A stretch of 33,586 nt of DNA. Source: a virus. How positions within the stretch are numbered: position 1 is the first letter of the stretch; each line of letters opens with the position of its first letter. The position numbers and the translations under genes were made by a program. The notes below the pieces were generated by a model. The model worked only from the letters and a program-made list of their open reading frames with translations, ran no database searches and was not told where the DNA came from. Of the stretch, positions 22,952-30,446 are shown one piece after another. The stretch lies in IMG/VR virus record IMGVR_UViG_3300006982_000003. The stretch is one strand, 5' to 3'.

Positions 22952-23415
22952 TAGTTAACCTCCTTGTTAAATGTAACGGTATCTGAATCAGGTCTTGGTT
23001 GCTCATTATTTGCTACATATTGAACAATTAAGCCATACGTATGTTGATTTATTTTTTTTAGGTCTTCATCATTATTGAGCATTTCAATAACTTGTTTGCA
23101 TGTCTCAATATTGCCGAATTGATATATTGTATAATCGTAACTCAAACCATTGGCTGTAAAAATGCGGTTTGTTTCAATAACATGCTTATCAATTAATCGA
23201 TTAATAACGTTATAAATCTTTGCATTTTTCCAACCGCATTGTTTAGCTATTGCTTTTATAGATAATTCACAATTGTTGTTGTTTAAGTTCATATATCTAA
23301 TTAATACATGAAGTAAATAATGCTCGTCGGGCGTTAATAACAATTGAAGATGGTGATTTATTTGTGCAAATCCTTCACCAGAAAAATAAACATTAGGTAT
23401 GGGTGCTTGGTTCAT
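22951..23415 (-). CDS. Winged-HTH DNA-binding protein, 154 aa
   Basis: GGAGG lies upstream and there is an ATGA-type overlap with the downstream gene. LSIKAIAKQCGWKNAKIYNVINRLIDKHVIE is HTH-like. Confidence 0.6.
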   Translation of the reverse strand: MNQAPIPNVYFSGEGFAQINHHLQLLLTPDEHYLLHVLIRYMNLNNNNCELSIKAIAKQCGWKNAKIYNVINRLIDKHVIETNRIFTANGLSYDYTIYQFGNIETCKQVIEMLNNDEDLKKINQHTYGLIVQYVANNEQPRPDSDTVTFNKEVN

Positions 23416-23834
23416 TATTTAACCTCCTTGTTATCAGAATAAAACAGTCCTAAATCGGATAATAATTGATCATAATTGACGGCATGTTGGCCCACATCTG
23501 TTTGAATAACATAGCCTAAGCTGATTAAATTTTGAATTGATTGGCGGAATTCGAGGAGTGATAATCCGATCTCGTGAATCCATTCAGCGTAGCCTTTCCG
23601 TATAATGTTTGACCTATTGCAATCAATCGTTAAATCAATTGCATATGACAACAATACCGCATCTGATACGCTCATGCCTAGTTGCGTGAGAATAGGATAA
23701 AAAGAATTTATATTTTGAGTGGGGTTGTATTGATTTTTTTTATAAGATTTTTTATAATACATAGTGTAATCCTTTGTTACAGGAGTTTTACAATACATAG
23801 TGTGATCCTTTGTTACAGGGGTTTTACAATACAT
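23415..23834 (-). CDS. Hypothetical HTH-like protein, 139 aa, with an N-terminus encoded by 36-nt tandem repeats
   Basis: The N-terminus reads MYCKTPVTKDHT MYCKTPVTKDYT MYYKK. The C-terminal part (LSLLEFRQSIQNLISLGYVIQ) is wHTH-like. The start is ambiguous among the repeated ATGs at 23834, 23798 and 23762. Confidence 0.55.
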   Translation of the reverse strand: MYCKTPVTKDHTMYCKTPVTKDYTMYYKKSYKKNQYNPTQNINSFYPILTQLGMSVSDAVLLSYAIDLTIDCNRSNIIRKGYAEWIHEIGLSLLEFRQSIQNLISLGYVIQTDVGQHAVNYDQLLSDLGLFYSDNKEVK

Positions 23835-23871
23835 AGTGTGATCCTTTGTTATGGGATTTTACAAAATACAT
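23760..23871. repeat. Tandem 36/36/37-nt direct repeats, each beginning (- strand) with ATG
   Basis: The copies are 23760-23795, 23796-23831 and 23832-23868, followed by a fourth ATG at 23871-23869. The - strand unit is ATGTATTGTAAAACCCCTGTAACAAAGGATCACACT. Confidence 0.9.
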
Positions 23872-23996
23872 TTGATTACTCCTTTTTTCATTTGATTCAG
23901 TATATATATTGTATCATAGAGCGCCCTGTTTTTCATCGTAGCTATGATACCCCCAATGCCACACGGAGTGGATTGGGTTTAAAACACTCCTGTTTT

Positions 23997-24020
23997 GCCC
24001 CCGCTAATGCGGGGGTTTTT
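23997..24020 (+). terminator. Intrinsic terminator oriented on the + strand, antisense to the early operon
   Basis: The stem CCCCCGC (23998-24004) / GCGGGGG (24009-24015) has a TAAT loop and is followed by TTTTT (24016-20). On the - strand the same hairpin is followed by CAAAAC, so there is no U-run. Confidence 0.7.
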
Positions 24021-24022
24021 AT

Positions 24023-24304
24023 TCACTCAATATCATTAGATTTAGCCAAATTATAATTTTCTCTAATCAAATCTGGCCATGTTTTGTATATTAGTTGCAT
24101 GTTGTTTGGGTCTGCATGTGCTAGCGCTTCAGCTAATCCTTTCTCAAATGAACCACCATATTTCATCATTGCCTTTGCTGCAACGCTCATAAATTGCGTA
24201 AATTCGCTGAAGTCATTAAATCCTAATGCTCTCGCTTGAATATCAAATGATTTCATTAAATTATCCATTTCATTGTCGCTCATTTCTTTTATTTCAATTG
24301 TCAT
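24023..24304 (-). CDS. Hypothetical early protein, 93 aa
   Basis: AAGGAG lies upstream and the start overlaps the upstream stop by 4 nt. The GGSFEKGLAEALAHADPNN segment resembles a phage protein family of unknown function, from memory. Confidence 0.65.
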   Translation of the reverse strand: MTIEIKEMSDNEMDNLMKSFDIQARALGFNDFSEFTQFMSVAAKAMMKYGGSFEKGLAEALAHADPNNMQLIYKTWPDLIRENYNLAKSNDIE

Positions 24305-24495
24305 AAATGACTCCTTTTTTTATCGTTTAAATATTGTCTAAATCGGTCTGTCATGACATTATACAGTGCAAACATAACCTCGCCCGTTACGTCATCACGA
24401 CAGTTTGAATCGCAATAATGACGATTCAGCGCATCAGTATAAAGACTTGCATGCCCGCTTATGTTCTTATTGCATGAGTAACAGTTGTAGCTCAT
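24301..24495 (-). CDS. Small Cys-rich (zinc-ribbon-like) early protein, 64 aa
   Basis: GGAGG lies upstream of ATG 24495, so the track start 24567 is probably too early. The Cys pattern is CYSC...18 residues...CDSNC. Confidence 0.6.
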   Translation of the reverse strand: MSYNCYSCNKNISGHASLYTDALNRHYCDSNCRDDVTGEVMFALYNVMTDRFRQYLNDKKRSHL

Positions 24496-24575
24496 TTTTT
24501 CCTCCTGTTTTGTTATGTTTGCGATACAAAATATTTTGTGTTGCAAAATCTGATTTTTATACAACACAAAGTTGT

Positions 24576-24593
24576 AAAAGGCCCCTTAGGGCC
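24576..24593 (-). terminator. Weak intrinsic terminator/attenuator after the first early gene
   Basis: On the - strand: GGCCC-TAAG-GGGCC followed by TTTT. It lies 10 nt downstream of the stop of the 68-aa ORF. The stem is only 5 bp. Confidence 0.35.
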
Positions 24594-24602
24594 AAGTTAT
24601 GG

Positions 24603-24809
24603 TTATTCGTTAAATAGGTCTTCCAGTAATTCTGCCATTTGGTCTATACTACGAATGGGAGCCGGTATTCCCGGGGCAGATTCTAACCAGTACGGGGCTT
24701 GGGTAAAATCAACGTTTCTAGCCTTATCCTGTTCATCCCATGTTTTTTGCTCTTCTATGAGCTCATCTTTTGACCATAGATATAGGTCATCTTTTAATTT
24801 TATTTTCAT
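24603..24809 (-). CDS. First early gene, hypothetical acidic protein, 68 aa
   Basis: AGGAGG lies upstream, and the gene is directly downstream of the strong leftward promoter. Confidence 0.65.
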   Translation of the reverse strand: MKIKLKDDLYLWSKDELIEEQKTWDEQDKARNVDFTQAPYWLESAPGIPAPIRSIDQMAELLEDLFNE

Positions 24810-24868
24810 TTTTGCCTCCTGTTTTAAGTTTTAAGTTTTAGTCGATGAGATGAATCGACTATGTTTAT

Positions 24869-24897
24869 AGTATACTAAATACATTAATTTTTGTCAA
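24869..24897 (-). promoter_or_regulatory. Strong sigma70-type early promoter: TTGACA, 17-nt spacer, TATACT
   Basis: On the - strand TTGACA is at 24897-24892 and TATACT at 24874-24869, with an exact 17-nt spacer. An 8-bp inverted repeat tagtcgat/atcgacta (24839-24846 / 24854-24861) lies just downstream, at about +1 to +23. Confidence 0.7.
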
Positions 24898-24956
24898 AAA
24901 TTAAAATAAAAAAATTTAAAATTTATTATTTTTTATCAATGTGTTAAAATAGAACG

Positions 24957-25133
24957 ATGAAATGTATAAAATGTGAAAATTGTTCAGGAAAAAAACAAAT
25001 CGCAACTTTGGGTTATATGTACAAGGAATGTACAAAATGCAATGGAACTGGAGTCCGGTATGAACAAGAAAAAATCAAGCGAAAGCGGGGACGTCCAAAA
25101 AAAACAGAAAAAAACGATGCAAGAACGCATTGA
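24957..25133 (+). CDS. DnaJ-type zinc-finger mini-protein, 58 aa (unannotated)
   Basis: Translation: MKCIKCENCSGKKQIATLGYMYKECTKCNGTGVRYEQEKIKRKRGRPKKTEKNDARTH. It has two CxxCxGxG-like knuckles. It is below the track cutoff and in a different frame from track ORF 24973..25617. There is no SD. An extended -10 (TGtTAAAAT, 24942-24950) ends 6 nt before the ATG. Confidence 0.6.
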   Translation: MKCIKCENCSGKKQIATLGYMYKECTKCNGTGVRYEQEKIKRKRGRPKKTEKNDARTH

Positions 25134-25617
25134 AAGCGTTAGAAAAAAAAATGAACAACGTGGACGTAAACCCGAATTGACGCAAGAATATGCAGATTAT
25201 ATATGCGATATGATCGCCACGCATACAGAGAGCACGCGACAATTATGTGAGATGTATGACGATATGCCCATCATTGAAGTGATTAATCAGTGGCGTTGGC
25301 GTTATCCCGGTTTTGCATCACAATACGCACAAGCTAAGATGCAACAAGCGGAGCTTTTAGCTGAAAGTTTAGACGATGTTGCTAGTGAGCGCAATTATTA
25401 TTTTGACGAAAAAGGAAACAAAAAAGTCGACCCTGGCTATACAAATGCTCAACGTTTAGTCACTGATACAAGGAAATGGATAGCGAGCAAACTGCTACCG
25501 AAAACCTATGGTCGTCAAGTTGAATATGATCAAGCATTGAACGAAAATGAGCAGCTAAAGAAAGAGCTGCAAGAATTGAGAGCGCAACTTGATGAGAAGA
25601 ACAAGAGCGAGTATTGA
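25060..25617 (+). CDS. terS: Terminase small subunit, 185 aa
   Basis: GGAG lies 6 nt upstream of ATG 25060. RGRKPELTQEYADYICDMIATHTESTRQLCEMYDDMP...TDTRKWIASKLLPKTYG matches a widespread HTH-type TerS family, from memory. The gene is immediately upstream of TerL. Confidence 0.75.
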   Translation: MNKKKSSESGDVQKKQKKTMQERIESVRKKNEQRGRKPELTQEYADYICDMIATHTESTRQLCEMYDDMPIIEVINQWRWRYPGFASQYAQAKMQQAELLAESLDDVASERNYYFDEKGNKKVDPGYTNAQRLVTDTRKWIASKLLPKTYGRQVEYDQALNENEQLKKELQELRAQLDEKNKSEY

Positions 25618-27148
25618 TTACGACAAAGAACAGTTAGCGTCACAGCTACGTAGCTCTCTTCTTGAGTTCACACGCACTTTTTTTCCGCTGCTTACATCTC
25701 GAGATTTCGTTGTGCCGCAGCCCGCTGGCAGAGAATCGCATGTGATCAGCATTTGTAGAGCACTTACACGAGCGTATCGACTAGAGATCCCGTCTAAGAA
25801 ATTGATCATTAATGTGCCACCAGGGCACTCTAAATCGACATTGCTAGCGTTTTGGGTTGCTTGGACGATGTCGAGTTACCCCGATAGTCGTTTTCTGTAC
25901 ATTTCTTACGCAAAAGGGCTGGCGGCAAAACACACAGAGACAATCAAGCGCATCATGTCACTGTCTCACTATGAGTATCTTTTTGACGTTCGAGTGAGTC
26001 GAGACAGTCGCGCAAAAGATCATTTTCAGACAGAACATGGCGGTAGCGTGTGTGCTTTTGGCTCAGGCGGTGCAATTGTCGGACAAGATGCTGGATTGCC
26101 TGCACTCAATCGGTTCAGCGGTGCGCTCATTTTAGACGACCCGCACAAAGTCGATTCGGTGACGTCAGACACAATGCGTGAAGACGTCATAGAGAACTAC
26201 AGGCAGACGTTACAGCAACGGGGCAGAGGCGTTAACGTTCCGTATATCTATATTGGCCAGCGTGTCCATGAAGCCGATTTGGCAGACTATTTGAAAGATG
26301 GAAAAGACGGTTCTCAATGGGAACAGGTCATTTTGCGCAGTTTAGACGATTGCGACAACCCGTTGTATCCAGAAGCGTTCCCGTACGATCTGCTCAAACA
26401 GCGACAGCAGCATGACATTTACATGTTCGCTGCACAGCATCAGCAAGACCCACAGCCGGCGGGCGGGGCATTATTTAAGCCAGAATGGTTCGTTGAACTC
26501 GACGAAGAACCCGACATCTTTCAAACCTTCATTACAGCAGACACGGCAGAAACGAGCAAATCGTACAACGACGCAACCGTTTTTAGTTTTTGGGGTGTAT
26601 ATGAAATAGACAATCAAGGCGTTAAGACGGGACAATACGGGTTACACTGGATTGACTGTTTAGAAACACGCGTAGAACCTAAAGACTTACAACCCGAATT
26701 CATGCAGTTTTGGACAGAATGCTCACGGCATAGCATGCCCCCGAAACTAGCGGCAATTGAGAAAAAATCAACGGGCGTGACGTTAACGAGTGTTTTAGAA
26801 GATATACGGGGTCTTCAAATACGTGACATCAAACGCAGCCGAGCCGACGGCAACAAGACGCAACGATTGCTTGAGACACAACCTTATGTTGCCGCTAAAC
26901 TGATTTCCTTTACAGCGGGTGATCAGCATGTAACAATGTGTAAAGAGCACATGAGTAAAATTACAGCGAATGAGACGCACAGACATGATGATATCGCTGA
27001 TACATTAGCTGATGCAGTACGAATCGCACTCATTGATCAGACACTCATTTCAGCGCATTATGATCATGCGCAACGTGATTTAATCTTAGACGAATTAGCG
27101 CAGGATGCGCAGCGTTTACAGCAACTCAAACGAGCCAGGGATGGTTAA
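25592..27148 (+). CDS. terL: Terminase large subunit
   Basis: It has a Walker-A-like PPGHSKST, a Walker-B ALILDDPH and the nuclease-domain start FITADTAETSK. The start overlaps the TerS 3' end. Confidence 0.9.
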   Translation: MRRTRASIDYDKEQLASQLRSSLLEFTRTFFPLLTSRDFVVPQPAGRESHVISICRALTRAYRLEIPSKKLIINVPPGHSKSTLLAFWVAWTMSSYPDSRFLYISYAKGLAAKHTETIKRIMSLSHYEYLFDVRVSRDSRAKDHFQTEHGGSVCAFGSGGAIVGQDAGLPALNRFSGALILDDPHKVDSVTSDTMREDVIENYRQTLQQRGRGVNVPYIYIGQRVHEADLADYLKDGKDGSQWEQVILRSLDDCDNPLYPEAFPYDLLKQRQQHDIYMFAAQHQQDPQPAGGALFKPEWFVELDEEPDIFQTFITADTAETSKSYNDATVFSFWGVYEIDNQGVKTGQYGLHWIDCLETRVEPKDLQPEFMQFWTECSRHSMPPKLAAIEKKSTGVTLTSVLEDIRGLQIRDIKRSRADGNKTQRLLETQPYVAAKLISFTAGDQHVTMCKEHMSKITANETHRHDDIADTLADAVRIALIDQTLISAHYDHAQRDLILDELAQDAQRLQQLKRARDG

Positions 27149-27151
27149 TTT

Positions 27152-29344
27152 ATGGTCAAAGCTGCTGTCAAGGATAAATTTCAGCAGATAAAATCAAATA
27201 TTGAACAGAGTTATGAATATTTCAAGCCGAATTATGAGCGATTTCGTGACTTTGTTAATTTTATCTATAAGACGACGATTAACGACACAGAGAAAGGCGT
27301 CTTATCTGAATTAGGCAAACCGCAGTTAGAATTCAACGTTTTAGAAGCGTATATTAGTCGGCTATGCGGCGAATTTTCGAAGATGGATCCGTCATTTGAA
27401 GTGCGCTCTAAAGACGGGGTTGAGTTAACTGACTCACGCATTATTGACGTTGTTGAAGCACATCTTAAAGCAGCCTTTAAAGGCGGTGATCAAGATAATT
27501 TATCGTATCAAATCTATAAAGACTTATTGAGCGGCGGGTTTAGCGTTGCTCAGCTCTATACAGATTATCCCGACGAATTCAGTATGGACCAAAAAATATA
27601 CGTTGATCGTGTCTTTGACCCGACATTATGCGGTTTTGATCCGCTGGCACGAGAATCGCATAAAGGCGATGGGCGATTTTGCTTTCAGCTATTTCCGATG
27701 GCTTATGATGAAGCAGTTCAAATGTGGGGCGAAGACACGATAAAACCGATTAAGCACCATACTTATAAACAGAATAGTTTCAATTGGTCATATAAGAACC
27801 AAAATGAAAACATTGTTTTAGTCGCTGAATATTGGTGCAAACAATATAAACGCAAGAAAATTGTTAAATTAACGAACGGTCATGTTGTTGAAAAAGAAAA
27901 ATACAATCAGTTTTTAAAAGAATGGGAAGAACGAGGATTTTTAGAGCAGCCACCACAGATCATCAAAGGCAAGGAGCGGATGGCGAACATTCCCCGAATC
28001 GAAAAATACACGATATGCGGATCTGAAATATTAGAACATATTGAGAATACGCATTTTGATCATTTGCCCCTGGTATTCTTTGATGGCAATAGTGAAATCA
28101 TACGTGGCCCCAACAATGGTTCCGCGATTCAAATGACACGGCCTTATGTCTATCAAGCACGGGATACGCAACGTGTTAAAAACTTTGCGGGACAGACAGC
28201 AGCACATGAAATCGAGAACATGACACAGCATAAATGGAAAGTGCCCTATGAAGCGATACCGAATGACAAAAAATGGCTAAAAGCGTATACAGACCCGCAA
28301 ACTGCCAATGTTATTGTTTATAATCAATACAAAGACGGTGACCCGAATAAACCCGTGAATGCGCCTCAGGAAATACAGCGACAGCCGATACCGAATGAGG
28401 TTCTACAGACATTCCAACTCACGGATCAAACGATACAAGGCATTCTAGGCTCGTATGATGCGACCATCGGCATTAATGACAAAGATATTAGTGGCAAAGC
28501 GATTCAACAAGGTGCAATGCAATCCAACGCAGCGGCGATGCCTTACACAGTCGGATTTTTAAATGGCTGGAATCGATGCGCTCAGATTTATCTTGATCTC
28601 TTACCTAAATTCTATGTTACGCCCCGAACGATCCCGATCATTCAAAAAAACGGGAAACGAGACTATTACAAAATCAATCAATCCCCAAATGTCTTCTTTG
28701 ATTACGAGTCTAAGAGTTTAGACGTCAAAGTCAGTGCTGGTGTCAGTTTCAGTGTTCAAAAACAGAATGCATTGAGTAGCATTATTCAATTAATGCAGGC
28801 CAGTGATCAATTTAAGCAATTCATGAACGAAGATGGTCTAGAAGTATTGCTAGATAATTTAGAAATTCGTGGCATTGATAATCTCAAATCAATGGCTGAA
28901 CAATTCATGAAACGGCAACAACAACAAAAACAACAGATGATGCAGCAGCAACAGCAACAGCCATCACAAGCTGAATTGTACCAACAACAGTATCAACTCA
29001 AACAAGCTGAATTAGCGCAAAAAGCACAGGAAGTACAACAGAAACAGCAGCTTGAAGCGGCTAAATTAGCGCAAAAAGAACGTGAATCAATGCGACAATA
29101 TCAAGTTGACAGTTCTGAAGCGGCATCCGATGCAGCGAATCATCAGCGTGAAATTGAACTGAAATTTTTAGAGCTGATGAATAAAATTGATCAGACACAG
29201 CATGAGCAATCGATTAAAGAAGAAAAGATCGATGCAGAACAAACCAGAAGCGCGGTTGATATGGCGTTGAATTTGTCACAGCATGCGCAAAAGATGTATA
29301 ATGGAGATGAGACGTCAAACATGGAGGATGACGAAAATGGCTAA
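27152..29344 (+). CDS. Portal protein, P22 gp1-like, with a long Q-rich C-terminal coiled coil, 730 aa
   Basis: The position after TerL and the size (P22 portal is ~725 aa) fit. The ~130-aa Gln-rich helical C-terminus is analogous to the P22 portal barrel. Confidence 0.85.
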   Translation: MVKAAVKDKFQQIKSNIEQSYEYFKPNYERFRDFVNFIYKTTINDTEKGVLSELGKPQLEFNVLEAYISRLCGEFSKMDPSFEVRSKDGVELTDSRIIDVVEAHLKAAFKGGDQDNLSYQIYKDLLSGGFSVAQLYTDYPDEFSMDQKIYVDRVFDPTLCGFDPLARESHKGDGRFCFQLFPMAYDEAVQMWGEDTIKPIKHHTYKQNSFNWSYKNQNENIVLVAEYWCKQYKRKKIVKLTNGHVVEKEKYNQFLKEWEERGFLEQPPQIIKGKERMANIPRIEKYTICGSEILEHIENTHFDHLPLVFFDGNSEIIRGPNNGSAIQMTRPYVYQARDTQRVKNFAGQTAAHEIENMTQHKWKVPYEAIPNDKKWLKAYTDPQTANVIVYNQYKDGDPNKPVNAPQEIQRQPIPNEVLQTFQLTDQTIQGILGSYDATIGINDKDISGKAIQQGAMQSNAAAMPYTVGFLNGWNRCAQIYLDLLPKFYVTPRTIPIIQKNGKRDYYKINQSPNVFFDYESKSLDVKVSAGVSFSVQKQNALSSIIQLMQASDQFKQFMNEDGLEVLLDNLEIRGIDNLKSMAEQFMKRQQQQKQQMMQQQQQQPSQAELYQQQYQLKQAELAQKAQEVQQKQQLEAAKLAQKERESMRQYQVDSSEAASDAANHQREIELKFLELMNKIDQTQHEQSIKEEKIDAEQTRSAVDMALNLSQHAQKMYNGDETSNMEDDENG

Positions 29345-29531
29345 AATGGATTATGGCAAATACTCGCCCTATAAGCTTTCCAAAGAATCCCGTAGTTATG
29401 CCAAAAAAGGCATTGGTGAATCCGTTCAATATTCTAAATCCAGTGATATTAAATCAGCTGGCGAATCAGTCAGCGGTGAATACGGTGACAAAATCAAAAT
29501 GAAATCAATGCCTAAAACTAAATTATACTAG
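29337..29531 (+). CDS. Hypothetical small protein, 64 aa
   Basis: GGAGG lies 9 nt upstream of ATG 29337. The start overlaps the portal stop. Confidence 0.5.
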   Translation: MAKMDYGKYSPYKLSKESRSYAKKGIGESVQYSKSSDIKSAGESVSGEYGDKIKMKSMPKTKLY

Positions 29532-29589
29532 GTATTGTTTTGTGAGATAGATTCATTTATTATGAAATTATTGATCAATAGGATTTGAT

Positions 29590-29652
29590 CACGTGACAAG
29601 CACGTAAACACTTGGATACACGTTACGGAAACGGCAAAATCCGGTCACACGT
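29590..29652. promoter_or_regulatory. Cluster of four CACGT motifs upstream of the scaffold/coat genes
   Basis: CACGTG is at 29590-29595 and CACGT at 29601-29605, 29619-29623 and 29648-29652. The last two share the context ACACGTT...ACGGAAA. They lie in a 150-nt ORF-free gap. Confidence 0.45.
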
Positions 29653-29681
29653 TCCAAAACGGAAAAAATGGAGTTGATGCA

Positions 29682-30398
29682 ATGGAAAGCAATGGACAAG
29701 CTGAACAAGCGAATCAGGAACAGCAACAAGCGGATCAACAATTGCCGCAGTCAAAAGTTGATGAGTTGGTTGCTGGCGCAAAACAGAAAGGCAAGCAACA
29801 AGCTCAGGAGGAGCTGGAACAGTTGCGAAAGGAAAAAGAACAGCTGCAAAAAACGTATGAAGAGGCCAAGCAACAGGCTGGCACCATGGGCGGGATGCAA
29901 CAGCAACCTGATATGGAGAAAATACGTAATCAAGTCTACCAAGACATTTGGCAAGATTTTGAAAAGCAGCAATCTGAGTACCAACAGGAGCAACAGCAAG
30001 AGGAAGCGAAACGCATTGCTGCTGAGTATGATAAGCGCATGAAACAAGGGCCTGAACAGTTTGAAGATTTTGAGGATGTGGTCAAAGGATTTGATCCCCA
30101 ATCATTCCCTAATATTGTCATGTTAGCCACTCAAATGGATAACACACCGGGCATTATTTATGAATTGGCTAAAAATCCTAATAAGTTGGCGACAATGAGT
30201 CATTTAGCAGAGCGTAGCCCACAGGTAGCGCAAAACGCGATGCAAAAGCTCAATGAGTCAATACAGGCCAATACTCAAGCTCAACAACAAGCCCAGCAAG
30301 TCAGCGAGCCATTGTCTAGATTACAATCAAGTCCAAAGGCTCAGGACACAGGAAGTCCTAATTCAGTCGCTGACTTTAAAAAATTGTTTAGAGGCTGA
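29682..30398 (+). CDS. Scaffolding protein, 238 aa
   Basis: GGAG lies 8 nt upstream. The protein is Q/E/K-rich and helical, and sits between the portal and coat genes. Confidence 0.75.
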   Translation: MESNGQAEQANQEQQQADQQLPQSKVDELVAGAKQKGKQQAQEELEQLRKEKEQLQKTYEEAKQQAGTMGGMQQQPDMEKIRNQVYQDIWQDFEKQQSEYQQEQQQEEAKRIAAEYDKRMKQGPEQFEDFEDVVKGFDPQSFPNIVMLATQMDNTPGIIYELAKNPNKLATMSHLAERSPQVAQNAMQKLNESIQANTQAQQQAQQVSEPLSRLQSSPKAQDTGSPNSVADFKKLFRG

Positions 30399-30446
30399 TC
30401 TATTTACTTCCTGTCCTGTTAAAACGGAATTTAACGGAGGCAGGCC

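Noticed and set aside
23760-23871. 36-nt direct repeats that could superficially look like a CRISPR array
   Set aside because: The units are contiguous with no spacers. There are only ~3.3 copies, they lie within and in frame with an ORF start, and no cas genes are present.
23682-24056. Track ORF of 124 aa on the + strand across the repeat array and terminator
   Set aside because: It is antisense to a well-supported - strand gene and has no SD. Its repeated peptide (FTIHSVILCY) is simply the reverse-frame reading of the 36-nt repeats.
29668-30042. Track ORF of 124 aa overlapping the scaffold gene in another frame
   Set aside because: It is an extremely K/R/S/N-rich shadow of the Q/E-rich scaffold frame. 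The scaffold frame (29682..30398) is longer, has a GGAG at proper spacing and fits the expected gene order.
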